Counted from the first letter of the whole stretch, positions 24,314 through 38,434 are shown. The stretch: 62,440 bases of DNA, filler included, from Choristocarpus tenellus KU-1152 (GCA_964200185.2; 12 parts of 12 records of this genome joined end to end with filler, not necessarily neighbours in it); one strand, 5' to 3'. The notes: generated from the letters alone by a model not told the origin. A program made the numbers and translations.

Positions 24314-27300
24314 CTAGTTCCTCTCTTCCAGAATATAATTAGTTGTCCTTTGGTGGGCATTTCCATCTATATTTGGGGTCCTTCTCCTTCTCCAGGTTGC
24401 TCTCCCCCAAGAGTGTGTATCGAGGTGCCCACCCTGCCTTGTCTGTCTGCTCTTCTCATACCCCCCGGCCTTCCATTGGTTCTGGCTCATGGATCCCCTA
24501 TCCGACTCAGTCAGCATTTTTGCATTTGTCATGAAGCTTGCAGTTGACATACATTCCTTTCCCGGATTGGCTGGTCCAGGTGTAAAGCTTTCTCCTGTAA
24601 CTCTATGGAAGAGGTTGTAAAGAACAGTACTATACCTGTATCGGCCATACAAATCTTTGTCCATGCTGTCATGAGAGTTGGTTAAGGCGATTTTGTGGGG
24701 GTAAGGAACACTGAGAATTAGGAGGTCACATCAACCTGTACTCGGAATTCAAAGCCCACCACAGTGAACTGATAGTTGGATCCTGCATCTTTGAGAACAT
24801 GAATGTTCCCCAGTGTCAGCGAGCATACCTGTCTGTCAATTGCTTCCATAGCGATTGGGACAGCCTGCCTGGTGCTAACCCCACTTTCTCCAGTGCTACC
24901 TTGATCTCCTCAAGGTATAGTCGACCAGATTTTCTAGTATCAAACCTTATTGAAGCATGTGTGTTTCAGGTAAGTAAATGTTCGTTGTGGTTCTTTAGTT
25001 CTTGCAGCTTCACTCTTTATTTTTCATAGTTTTGAAGCTCTACCAAACATGTCCTGCACCTGACATTTTTGAACCCATCATAGACAGCCTCTTTCAGATA
25101 TCTAATATATCAATGTTTGAGGTAGATTACCCTGCCAGCAAGAAGTGAGAATAGCTTCAATTTGCAACCTAAGTCACACCTCATCATCGCCTGCTTCACC
25201 TCCCTCGCATCCACTGGCGTCTTATCTCTCAGTCCTAGTTTTTCCCTGGCCTCCTCCCACAGTTGTGAACGAGGGTGCTGGTCATGATACCCTTGCTTTG
25301 ACTCCCTCCTAAGCCCAGAACCCCGTCGATCACCCCTTGCATGAGTCAAAACCTATTTCACAAGGATTTGCACTCTGTTTATGAAATGCAGGAGGACAAA
25401 TGTGTAGTATCTGGTCTGAGAAGGGCTTTCAAAAATGCTAGGATTTCTGTGTGCTGTTATTTTATTGAAATTTACCTCTAGTTTCAAGAACATGTTAGTG
25501 GGATTGAGGACAAAACACACCATGCAGGTGTAGCACCTGATCCTTGCTGGTAGATCCCCTGTTGTCCCAGAAATTTAACTTGCGTTCATGCTCCCCACCC
25601 CTCACAAGCATGAAGTTCACAAAGTCCTTGAGGTCAGGAAAAATGTTTTAGCACTGTTAAGTGGAAATTCAAAACTCTCTTATGAGGGTGCTGTGGGCAA
25701 ATATATTCCAACATGTGTTGTGTCATCACTTGCTCAAGAAGAGGTATCCATCACAGGCATCCTTTGCAGCAACCAAAGCATGCATTACATGCAGGAGAGG
25801 TGTGATGAGTGGCCTTTACTTGGAACTATTGATACTTTTATTTGTTGTAATTAGTGCTATAACAGTTTGCAACATCTCTAGAGTTTACTTGGAAGCATTT
25901 GTACTCAATTTCTGTCAGTCATCTATCTAACCATCCAAGTTGTGCCCGCAAGGGGTTGGTAGAATAAATGGGATCGCACTTCAAGGTATATTATAGCTAC
26001 AGAAAAGAATTCACATGTGGACAAGGCAAAGTTGTAAGTAATATATTAGCTGCAATGCATGAATTTACCAGCAAAACCAGGCATATGCTGAAACAAGACA
26101 ACAAAACCGCGACAATATTTTTCTTCTGCTCCTTTACTGGTATATTATAGGAACTACAGCAATGTGGGGAAGGTGACTCAATCCTGTTCAACCAAACCCA
26201 ATGGGGTGCTCAACAGGCGATACCTTGAATGTAGCCTGCCCCAGTCCTCGATTCCGTGCATCCATGTTCTGCAGTACTACCCTTGCAAACTCCTTACTTC
26301 CTCGCATACCTAAATCAGGCAAGCAAGTCTCCAGATCCGCCTTTGTCAGGAAGCCATCTCCATCCACATCAAGGAATCTATCAAATACCCTTCGCAGTGG
26401 AGCATGCCAGAGTGCAGCACCTGAATATTCCATAAGTCTACCATTACCCTTGTTGTAGGACTTTGCCATTCTCTCTCGCTCTTGATCAGCGAGTGCCCAA
26501 ACTGCTGCACAAAACTCGCCCATGACCTTGGCAGGATACATCTTGCTCACTCCTTCAGCTGCCTCTGTTGCACCAAACCGACTATTGGCCAGAGCAACAC
26601 ACTCATTGAGGTGATCAAGGACTGGGGAGATGGGAATAAGACCATCACCTCGTGTGTCCATAGCAAGTGCCATCTGGTCAAGTTGAGACATTGACAGCCC
26701 CAAACCCACATTGCGTAGACACCTGACAGCTCGAAGTGGCAAGAAAAGTTCAATGAGTCACCAGTAATGCTAGAAGTGAGGCGTGTTTATGCAGCCCACA
26801 CTTCGGGACCGGGTAAACCTAGTAGTAGAGTTGACATCTGGTTGTGGCAGTAACACTGTCAACTGAGGACTCGTGGAGATGTCACCTTCCCAAGGCTGTT
26901 GGTGTTAACCTGCCAACCCCTCTCGGATCTGCAATTTCCAACCTGCGCTGAAGATTGGAGATTGCTGCTCTTCCACCATATAGATTCTGATCTACAGCAT
27001 GGGCCAGGTCTGATGCAATCTGCATGTACAACCATACAGCATGTGAAGTTAGACCTAATTGGATAGATGATAGAACCCAATGATGTACATAATTATGGAG
27101 AATATTCTCAATCTCAACATCACCTCTGGTAGTTTCTTTCGCCAGTCACCTAGGTGAGATACAACAAAGGAAACTAGGGCACGATAGCTAACCCTTCCGT
27201 TTCCCTCTGTATCCACCAGGCAGAGCAACCGGTCCATTTCGTCTTCCTGAAGTGGATTGATGGGAAAAAGTAGAAGTGTCTGTTAACCTGACTTTAGATG

Positions 27301-27335
27301 TTTTTATAGTGGACGATGGTGCAGAGGAAGAACTC

Positions 27336-27375
<40 letters not shown>

Positions 27376-28534
27376 GGAAATTAGGGAATTGATAACAAGA
27401 AATTAGGTTCCTATTATTGCACTGATTAGGTGTGGTATGTTAGGACTATTTATTCCAACGCATCATACCTGCCCAACTAGTTCTTAGTTTTCGTCTCCAC
27501 CACCCTGGAGTTTGACCTGATTAGAGGTGACTGATCAATACCTGACCTTAAGAGAAGAGCTTTCTGGCAGGTGCTCAAGAAGGTTTCTGAACTGTTCGGG
27601 ATCCAAAAACCCAGTGTGCTGATTGTCTGCTTTGGTGAACATCTCACGCAATGATTGCAGGGCACTCCTCCCATGAGATGTCTTTTCAACAGCATTGGAA
27701 AATCTGCAGTCATTGACCCGTATAAGACTTGTGCGTAGGTGTTTTGCTCCTCAATCTTGGTAAATTTTGGCTACTTGAAGGAAGAGTTTCGAAATGTTGG
27801 CTTGATACTTGCAAGTGTAGCACCATTTTTATTTGTTGCTGGTGTATGGCTGGATTAATTGCTTGGCATTTTCTGTGTTAGGACTGAGGGCTGAGGTGTT
27901 TTGGACAACATGCTCACATTACAACAGAAAGGCAGGCTGCTTCAAAGTTGTCATGGTGTTGGGTGGAGGGTTTCAATACAGCTCATTCTTTGCAGTGGAC
28001 CCGTCAAAGTCCTCCTTATAAACAGGCAATCAAGTTTAACACTTGAGGAGCTCGCAGAGTACTGAGCCAAAGTAAACAAGAGGTACCCATGTCTTGACCA
28101 TTTTGCATTTTATGTTTGCTTGTCAATCATTTGCAATTCAACTATATTTCTATGGATGAAGTTGTAAGTTTGACTTTAGAGTGTTTTTTTCTTTATTGTT
28201 TGAACATTTCCGACAGAATTGATTAAAGTTCCTATCCACACTTGTAAAAAGTCGAATTTTGTACATCTTTGTGGGCATCCTTAAAATGCAACTCTCTGGA
28301 TACCTCTCGTTTAACTTTGACTCACCATCCGCTGCCATTTGTCTGAAAATGATGACTTGACACGCACCTCTCAGCTAGAGCTGCGTCTGTCTTGTGCCAG
28401 GGATCTCGATCCACAAAGAATGCCACGAAGTCATTGTAGTGAACACTGCCAGACCCGTCACAGTCGAGGCTGTCCATCAGTCTCTCCATACTCTCCTTTC
28501 CAACAGAAGTAAGTCCTAGGCGATGCAAAGCAAC
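24314..28534 (-). CDS. Large multi-EF-hand protein (3' part, 9 exons, about 618 aa visible)
   Basis: Exons 28534-28368, 27703-27547, 27246-27124, 27019-26886, 26722-26224, 25626-25537, 25352-25180, 24945-24829 and 24710-24314 (stop) are all GT-AG and phase-consistent. Loops include DCDGSGSVHYND, DTEGNGRVSYRA, DVDGDGFLTKAD and DTRKSGRLYLEE. Confidence 0.88.
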
Positions 28535-28819
28535 CTGTCTCCAACATTCCCATAAGGTGAATTCATGGCATCTTGAAGTCATACTTAAAAAGGGGACATG
28601 AGGCAGATTTCTTCAACAATAGTGCAACTTTACACTAATGATTGAGGTTGGTCTTACAAATACAGGAGTAGACAAGAATCAAGCTCAACTAGACCCAAAG
28701 TATCTGGGAGGGGGGGAGANNNNNNNNNNNNNNNNNNNNNNNNNNNNNNNNNNNNNNNNNNNNTTAATTAATTAANNNNNNNNNNNNNNNNNNNNNNNNN
28801 NNNNNNNNNNNNNNNNNNN

Positions 28820-31767
28820 CTTCGACGTCACCACCTGCTTCAGGGTCTGTCCCTACCATTGAACCCATTGATAGGGGGGGTGGAGGGGGGGAAGAGACAC
28901 CTGGTCCGACGATGCCCATGTGAGGGACATCTTAATTGTTGGCGTGTGATGCTATTTTTTTCTTTTTCGATATGAAAGATACATATGAAGGTGGACTTCA
29001 CTAAGTTTTTTAATTTTATCACCGTGAAATCAATCCTGAGTATGGTGGCAGTCATGTATGGTGGGCATATTGTTTCCAAGAATTTTGGAACTACTAGTAG
29101 TTGTTGGCTCACAAGATAGGATCTACTCATGCAATTTTGTTGACGCAACAGGAATAACACAAACATTGATAGTGCAGATGACGATGAAGGACAGGAGTCG
29201 AGTGTTTCACGCAGTTCTTCCCAGACCATCACCACTGGCATAATTGCAATCGCTGCAGGGTCCGGTCTCCTGGTGATTTGCAGTATGATCATGTGTTACC
29301 AGGGGAAGAAAATGATGAACATCAGCAAGGGTGAGAGACCAGGGGCAGGGGTAAGGAAGAGTCTTAGAGTGAAATGATCTTAGAGATGAGTTAATCTTGG
29401 TCCTTATCTTTTTCAAAGACCTCTTTGAATTTCGCACAATATGTACACACCACAGTCAGATCTGAAATGCAGTTACTCTCCCCAAGGAGGGGGTTGCTGT
29501 AGAAGAAGAGAGTAGCCGCCCACACATTGTTAGCTGAAAGCGTCCTTCACAATGCTCAAAACACAAGCATCACAAGGGAGTCATAGCGAACTTTTAACAT
29601 GCCCCCCATAGATGGTATATCACCCTTGCCTTGTTTGGGTAAGCATGGGGCTTACAGCAGATGGCATTGATATACTCTGGAGTAGTGCTTTACACGAACC
29701 TCACTTTAGTAGTTTATTGACATCTTTTTGTGAAACCAAGGTTGAACGGGTAGGGGATGTGTACCAACACTAATGCTTAATGTGTTCCGTCCTAACTTTG
29801 TTAATTGGACACTCCATTCGTGAAAATAGAGATTTTTTACCCTTGAGGTCCCCTATCCCCAGAATATGAGAATATTTCTTTTTCTAAACGAACCTCTGTG
29901 ATATCAGAAAATAATCGCCTCAAATATTGTGTATACAATGTTAGATGGTCCTGTATGGTATACGCTCTTATCTTGTGCCTTATTTATTTCGATGCCTGAA
30001 CTATACACCCTTCTATCCCCAATCTCCCTCCCCTAAAAACCGGAGGAAGAAACGTTCTTTGCTTAATATTGAACCAATCGTTGTGAGCTATCGTTTTAAA
30101 GCGTGTGATAATCAATGAAAGATTTGATTGAGTAATAGAAAGGCGGAACAAAATGTTCTTGATAATTCACACAATTTCTTGCTTCTGTGTGAAGGTTGAC
30201 ATTTTCCCAACTGTGTGAAGGAAACAATCAAATGTTTCAATTTTTATTTGTATCAGATCATATCCCAATCTGTCACTGATATTGAATGGAGAAGCCTTAC
30301 TCATTTTGTTTTTGGCAATCCTTTGAATGCATCAAGGGATCAATTTTTCAAATTCATAGAACCCTCCTGCTCGTGATTTCCAAAATATTAATACTGATTG
30401 ATACCCCCCTCCCCCTCCTACACATACTTCCTCTCCCTCCTTACATCAATACAGCAGCTACATCTCTTAGTGGGGTATCCAACTTCAATCAGTCAGTGGT
30501 CTCCAGCAATCGATCTGCAGCAGGTTGCAACCTTGCTGATGAAGATAGTACCAGACCAGACCGGCAGTTGCCTTACAATGAGGGTCAGCAGACATACGCA
30601 AATGCTGCTGGAAGGTCCCTCAGGGACCAGGCATACATTGTAAGTCTTCCATCCGGAGAGCAGGCCTACATTATTGGTGAGGGGGTCCAAGACGAAGCTT
30701 TCCTTTCCACTCAACGGTCTGTTAATCCCGGGTACAGGATGAGTCAGCCTTCTGGGGACCAGGCAATTGATGAATCACATCCTATGGGGACTCAGGGCGT
30801 CAATGTCTCCAGTCAGAGTTACGTGCATGAAGACCAAGATGGTCACCATTATGACTCTGGGAAGGTGCTAGAGAGTGTCGACTATTTCTCTGATGAGGGT
30901 CCTGAACGTCAGGCATACATGTCTGGACTATCTCCCTCGGCTGTGGAACGTGTGGTGTATACACCCTCCAAGCATCAGCGTGGTGAAGGCACTGAACGTC
31001 AGGCATACGTGTCTGGACTATCTCCCTCGGCTGTGGAACGTGTGGTGTATGCGCCCTCCAAGCATCAGCGTTCACCTCATGTCAACAGGAGTCATACGTT
31101 TGACGGCCACCCTGTAACGTACGCAGGGTCCTCAGGTCACCTGCGGGAGGGGTACCGGAGTTACAGTCCGGATGAATACGGCACCAATACAGTCATGTAC
31201 CACCAGCCGCACCAAGCCTATCATACGCACCCTTCGAATACTCCAAGAAGATCTGCTTTGGCACAGAATGTGTATCGTCGCAGTTCAGATGATCAACCTA
31301 CTCAGGTGGTTCAGGTATACCGCAGTCACAGTGTAGATGAACAACCTGTTACCATGTATTCGTCTAGGCAATCAGAACGCTTGTATCGCAGTCGCAGCGC
31401 AGATGAACACCCTATCATGTATGGCTCAAGTCAACAGTCGCCTCAGATTTACCATCAAAGACAATCCATCAGAGATAGTCCTACATCGTATCCCTCTCGT
31501 TGGCATGAATGGTATGGTAGTAGTAATGTCACAGAAGGAGACCGTCGTGCTGGATACGTTTCCTCTGGTCTTGAGCATAACAAAGGGGAGGTCGTTAGCA
31601 ATTTTGATGGCAAGGGCCAGCCAACACCACTGCGAATGGGTGAGGGGCCAGGGGAACGAGGTGTCATTCGAGTGGGTCGGTCGGCATCTAAGGGCCTTCG
31701 GGGTTTGGGCAACTTGCGGAGGGCAACTATTCCAGCAACTTTACAGGATGCCAAGGTTGATTTTTGA
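28820..31767 (+). CDS. Single-pass membrane protein with S/T/P stalk and about 445-aa low-complexity tail (3' part, 3 exons)
   Basis: Exons 28820-28919 (5'-truncated), 29152-29330 and 30455-31767 join in phases 2 and 1. Hydrophobic segment GIIAIAAGSGLLVICSMIMCY is followed by QGKK. The last exon accounts for most of the 493-aa ORF. Confidence 0.8.
30895..31071 (+). repeat. In-frame 90-bp tandem duplication (2 copies)
   Basis: EG(P/T)ERQAY(M/V)SGLSPSAVERVVY(T/A)PSKHQR twice, near-identical DNA. Confidence 0.92.
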
Positions 31768-34455
31768 TATTGTAGAGAATGGGTCTAGCAAATTCCAGTT
31801 TGGGTGGTTTCAGGTTGCAGCATTGGTACGCTCTTCTTGCTGTGCATCCCTTGTCGGGGTGTGCACAGGCTGGACTACTGTTGATCGTTGACTTCCATCC
31901 TTTGACCTTTGCTGTATACATTTTCAAGGTCTGTTGCCCGTCCCTCAAGCTACGAGACCTCTACATCGTATGTACTACTACTTAGTACTTGGTTAGGGTC
32001 ACCAGTTGTGTGTTGAGGTTTTTTTTTTGGCAGACAAGAAATATGTTGGTGTTATTCGCCCTTTATATACTTTGGAGCATGTATGTATGCTCGTTTATGT
32101 TACACGCCTGTGCGCGATTTGCTTACAAAGAGTATTTCTTGATTCTTGAGACCGCCAAGTTTGATTGGAGCAAACCCAAGAGTTGTTTCCTCCACCACTG
32201 TGGTATGAAGTCCTTGATATGAAATACCCGTAATGGAGGCGATCCTCCTGTATGTGTAGCTTTGTTAGGCATTGCCAGAAGAAAAAGGGATATGTACACA
32301 TACATGAAGTAATGCAACTTAGCAATCAGTTTGCCTTAGTTGTTCCCCACCTACTAAATTTATTTTTGTGTTGTAGTAAACCTTTTATGTTGGTCGTGGT
32401 AGTCATTTGAGGGTGTATATTCATTTGTCAGTATAGCTGAATGTGTTATGAGCCCTGTTTTGAGACATGAAATAATTTTGAGCCTTGGAGCTTTACTTAC
32501 AGGTTGTCCTGTTTCTCGTCTTGATCGAGGACAGCACCCTGAATGCGTGCGTCTGCCTCCCCAAGGCCTCCTACCCCCCCCACCCCACACATGAGCACGC
32601 CCTCTCATATCTTCCAAGAGACTGTCCTGTAACGTCTCTTTTCATCTTAGGAAATACAGAGTAAAGCATGCTTTGTACAGATATACACATGCATCATATA
32701 AAAAAGCAGTACACCTTGTTCCACAGTATGCGTTCTTTGCATTTTTTCTTCTTTTCCAAGTCGCTACAACCTATCATTTGTCCCTTTGTATATCTGTGTT
32801 TTGAGAAAAACGCCCATAATAATAGTAGAATGTGGACGGATGAGCAGCACAAAGAAGATGTGAGAGGTGAGTACATCTGCAGTAGGTCAGCATATTGTAG
32901 GCCTTGCACCTCTTCTTTTCTCGTCGGTTGATTGTGTTGACAGTCGTAATACCGGGGACATCAGAGAGTTTCTACTCTTTGCCATCACTATATTATTGTG
33001 CAGTTTATATACATCAAATCTCAGCTATATATATAGACACACTCTCATATTCACTCCAAAGAACTATTGATCCGTTCATTTTTTGACAGAACATACTGAG
33101 TACAGTAGTAGTGGCTCATAGAACTGCTATTGCTGCGAACTGTGACATGTATACAATACAGACAGATCACACTGACTGTAGTAGTAATCATGTTGTTTGG
33201 GCGGAAAGGATCAACAATTTAATTGGCATGCTTACCATGCATTGTGAATCTGACCAGTGACTGCAACAGTACTATTTTAAAGCTAAAGAGTATATTATGT
33301 CAACATTGTCATTATTGGTAGAGCATCTAGTACTACTAGAACTATCCTGAGAGGGAGGGTCTATTTTGGCCCCTGTTTTAATCCATCAAACAAGTGGCAT
33401 ATGGCACAGAGGGGAATGAAGCCTGTGTTTGAATTGTTTTCACAAGCAACTGCAACCTGTTAAGTTATCCCTTTGGATTCCACAGTAAATACGATATGTT
33501 GTATGCCTTGACGGAGGACAGTAGTGTATGACATGGTGTGAATATGTTCTCCATATATGGAGTATAGAAAACACACACACACGCACACACACGCACACAC
33601 ACACACATATTAGAGTTCCAAGAGGTGTGTGTTTTAGTTTCCGCTGACTGAACAGGTGGGACTGAGAGGACTCATTCCTGATCCCATAATCCTATAATGT
33701 GGGATATAACATTGTCCACACACCTATGAATCACGTACTTGTCTTCACTATGGCTAGCACATCTACAACAGAACACTGTCACTGGAAACCAATCAATGAA
33801 TATACCTGATACATGGATGTCAGAAGGCAGAATAACAAAGTGTTCAAAAACACAACCTGTAAACAGATCCATCACTGACTCTACCGCCAATTGCCAACTC
33901 CACCAGTGGTGTCTATAGTTCACCAGCAGCAATATGCATGAACACAACCAGCAGCATATCGCAGAAGAGTGAGGATAATTCTTCTGGAGTCACACAATCA
34001 AAATGGTAGAGCAGGTGTGTATAGCCAGGTAGGTCTTGATGAGAAACAAAATATTATAACCTGATGTGCTATTCAAAATCACAATGACTTTCTATATATG
34101 AGGGGAGCTTTGCCCAGTTGCCGAAGGAGTTGATCCTGTCTTCTCAGTTTCAATGTAGTTTGACCAAGCGAAGTCTCCTGACCACGTTTTTATCCCCCAT
34201 GTATGCCACACTACCAAAGACAAAGTGCGTAACCACTACAAAACGATATTATTGTTTGTTATCAGCATACCCCGTTTTTTTCATTGCCCAAGGGTCTTCT
34301 AGTCTCCTGGATAGCAAAAGGCTAATGAAATCTTCCATATATGTACGTACGTATACATTTCCACCCATATAAAGGAACTGGTGGTAAATGGAGTGGGTGT
34401 TCACTTGCCAAGTGACCGATATGGCACCTTTACCACCCTCCTATGACATCACACA

Positions 34456-36813
34456 TTATGTCTCTCCAACAACCTGTTCCTCATCCCCTCTACCACGAGT
34501 ACTACTACTACTACTACTACTGCACAAAACGCGGGTTCGATGACCAGAACGCACATTAACCATCGCACCCTCTGTGTGTGTGGCACAAAAACGTGGACGG
34601 GGGGGGGAGGACAAGTCTAACCTCATGGCAGAATCAGCCTTGTCGCTGTCTGTACCCTCCAGAGATGGATGGGGTGATGCAAAGCTTGGTTGCTTTGTAC
34701 ACCCCGGGTGCTCACAAGTGCGTCGCTTGCGGGTGACCTCCTGGATACAGTTGTGTCAGAGCAAGTAGGCAATGTCCGTAACAGCACAGATAGGTGCATG
34801 CGGTGACATGGGTGTATGAAACCCACAGGGAAAAGTAATCTGCAGTGAGGAAAAAGCAGAATGGAGCGTTTTTTATTTTATTTTATCACCAGTACTTGAA
34901 ATAGCTTTCTAAGCAGATTACATTGACTGTTTAAAGGAAAACATTTTGTAACAAATGTATTGACAAAACTTGCTACTGGATCAAGGTAGTGAACTACATC
35001 GAAGCAGAGCTAGAACAACAACAGAGAAATAGATGGCCTCCTTGATGAAGCACATCAAAGATGTCAGTCTGCACTTGTTAACCAATGGATGTTGATTGGG
35101 TCAACAAATAGATTGATCGCAGGTGAAGTGAATCAGGGAACATAAATAAGAAAGAGGGCAGTGACAGAAGGGATTGTAGCTGATAGTGACAGGTATGTAC
35201 ACGAAAAATCAGACTCCCCTTCAAAGAAACTCGACATTTTAACCAACACCTCAAAGTACCACCATAGAGGATACTCCTGTGTGATGAGGGATATACAACA
35301 AAAAAGCATCCACCCACAACCACACTCACACAATTGAAGGGTAAAAGCGAGCGAAATTCTTTCGCCGGGTAAAGTACCTTAGTTGCATATATATACATTG
35401 CCATGGCAGAGATCTCTCCTATGGCAAACTTGTACTAGCATATACACATATCCGCTACGAGTGTTGGTACTCCCAAGTACACTGGAGAATATTATGCAGG
35501 TACTCAAAGTTGACCGTTCTCTTTGAATAGGTATCAAGAAAGGGTGTGGAATCTGTGACAGTGTGCTCACCATACCAAGTTCCTTGTGTTGCCAACAGAG
35601 CACAGGAAGCCCAGGCTGCCCTTGGTGTGAAAAGGAATACCCTGCTTGCCTGGGTTTAGGAGGAAATGAACAGGTGCTGGGGTTAGATACACTTCAAGAA
35701 AAGAGGATGGAATAGACACGGGGACGGGGGCTGGGGGAAGAGAAGGGAGGGCAGAGGGGAGAAGTCTTCCCAAGCCTAACCCTCCAACTCCCAAAACATG
35801 GAGAACATTAACTACCTCCATGTAGCACTGTATTGTATCAAAAAATAGTAAAGAGCCTTAACACTGGAGATTCTGATAAATGCCTTCAAATCATGGTAAG
35901 AAAACAAGCAAGCATGTTTCTCTTGCATTTTGAACCTATCTTGGAAGGTCCATACAAAAATGTGCGTTTCATCCACAGTTACATAGAAATCATTGCAAGT
36001 CCACGGTGCAAAAGAGCCGTCACTACCTATGTGAGATATTTAGTGCATTATTGTTGTGTACTCCACCTTGTGCAGGCCTCCGACTGACAGCCCCCCTTAA
36101 CCCTCCTTGAAACTGTCATATCAGACGATGCATGCACCTGGCAAGAGCTAGGGGGTTCCCCTGGGAGGCTGTGGGTTCTGGCCCTGTAGCAGCCCTCATT
36201 ACGACACCTGCGGAGAATCAGACATGAGAAGAAAAGAGACCAGGTTTCGAGAAAAAATAAACGTCTTCCCAACCCTAACTTCCACCAACACATTTATGAA
36301 AATAACTATCAAAAGAAGAGTTGCTCTGGGGTGCACAACACACACATGCGTGCATATTTGTCAAGGTTTGAAGGACCTCAGCTGTGGGAGAGTCTTCACT
36401 ACACAGGCTATAAAACAGGGGTGTTAACAGAGGAGGGATGGGGGTCCTGCATGTTGGGGAGGAAGAAACAGTAGGTCTATTTTGTGCCGTTTGAGTTGCA
36501 AGTCAACAGTCCAAAGTAGGTAGTACAAGGGTCGAACACTCATTTGAAAATAAATAACACAGTTACATATATACTGGCAAGTACTTAGTACATGATATGT
36601 GCAAACAGTGCAATTGTAGATATGCCTGAACACCACACACATGAAAGTACTAAAAGCTAGGCAAAGGCAATCTCCCTTCACCCCCTTCCATGTGAAGCCC
36701 ACCCACCTTCCCCCACTCTTGAAGTCAACCATACCAGGTTTCTTGTGTGAACTGCACACAACACGTGTACCTCCAGGTAGACCATAGCTGGGAGACTTCC
36801 CACAGCCTTTCAC
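34456..36813 (-). CDS. EsV-1-7 cysteine-rich repeat protein (3' part, 4 exons)
   Basis: Exons 36813-36707, 36207-36067, 35649-35571 and 34740-34456 (stop) join in phases 2, 2, 0. Four C-x4-C...C-x2-H...M units, e.g. GCGKSPSYGLPGGTRVVCSSHKKPGMVDFK and CEHPGCTKQPSFA...RFCATHTEGAMVNV. Confidence 0.85.
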
Positions 36814-37561
36814 CTTTGAGTAGAAAGAAGTATCCAGCAAATAGTTGTAATACTTTGAGTGCTTACATTCACGTATACATTTGTAGCCTATAGAGGGTCA
36901 CTACAATAGGGATCTCTATCCACCTTAGGGCTCGAATAATCCGATGCACAAAAATTTACATAAAAAATGACAAGGGTGAGTGTCACAGATGCTGTCCTAC
37001 TTGAGTATACGATTGCACTTCCTCCCACAAACACATGTGTTTGTATGTATGATGGGAGTGCTGTCGTTTTGTCCTGTGTTATTCACCTTCAACAAAGCAG
37101 TCCACAGCATACCCCTTTCAATGAGATAATTCAATAGCAACTCTACATAGCATTATATGCCTTCTTGTAGGGGGGCTGTGTATTATGTACTTTTTCCCAG
37201 TTCTACCAACAGCAACATCTTAACAAGTTGCTTCAGTCCATCAACCGTACCATGCTGCCCTTAGGTACTCTAAACTGCAAGTAACCAGAACTCTGGTATA
37301 GGAACTGTGCCCCACCAATTGCCTTAGGTGTCCTTCATAAGGGTCAAGTTCCACATCATGAACTTGATAAAGGTGCACCATGTTCGTGCAACACAGTTGC
37401 TCAATCTTTATTCTAGCAGTCCCAAGTTGCCTGTTTGTGCAACTCCAAAAGCGCCCACTCTTGGACACTCTTGGAGGTCAAGGAATCCCCCTCAAGTCTC
37501 CCTAGCCCACTCACATTGACTTGAATGCATCCAATAGGATATCCTTCAAGAAACTCACTCA

Positions 37562-37600
<39 letters not shown>

Positions 37601-38175
37601 TGGTGTATGATGCACCTCTTTGCACTGCCCGGAAAACATCAAAACAATTGTTGCACGAAAACACGTATTGGTTTGTTAGGCACTGCCATTTACTGCCCCA
37701 ATAAATGCCTTGCTAGATGCAAGAATCATCCAAAAAAAAGTTTACCAGCTTGGACACAAGAATTGCATCAAAATCCATGCCCTAGCCCCCCTCATACTAT
37801 ATCCCTTCAACAGGCACTCAGACACATCCCAGAAGATTTTGCAACCCTGGCAGGGTGCACAATGGATGGATATGCATTGCTTTACAGTGTTTTATTCTCA
37901 CAGACTGCAATTCTATATTGTAAAACCTGACCTTTTGCCACGGGGCACTTAGTATGGTGCACTCATTCTTTCCACCTCTATTGCTCCAACTCCAAGTGCA
38001 GATACAATCTGGTACAGGGGAAGGCTACAGAGGGAAAAATCTCAATCACTACGGTTGGTTGAGACTGTCACCGGGCAGGTTGCTGCTCCTGTCATCCTCC
38101 AATATGCGCACATATTCAGTGAACTGGCTGTGTGATTCTTAGTTTTTCCCCTCCGACTGGTTCCAAGCATTGGAA

Positions 38176-38434
38176 GAGTGAAAGTATCTTAGAGGGTACG
38201 AGTTTTGCCCTGTTTGTCCATTTGGGGCTTGCCTTCCCTCAGGGCTTTTATGACATTTTCCCACTCCAAAATAATTTTGGAGTAGATAGAATATATACGT
38301 TGTGAAAAGGTGTGTCGGGAACAAGGATATTGACACTTCTTAACAAACACGATAACCAAAATTACATCGAAATCGCAACATTGGATTTTGACCCCCAAAT
38401 GGACGCGGCTCTACCCTCTAAGATACTTTGGCTC
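38176..38434. mobile_element. MITE subfamily B, about 259 bp
   Basis: TIRs GAGTGAAAGTATCTTAGAGGGTA / TACCCTCTAAGATACTTTGGCTC, flanked by GGAA on both sides. An inverted homologue lies at 53060-53316. Confidence 0.88.

Noticed and set aside
30286-30454. N-terminal 56 aa of the 493-aa ORF as a real protein start
   Set aside because: It is pyrimidine-rich sequence ending in acag at 30454 that accepts the upstream TM exon in the right phase, so it is intron.
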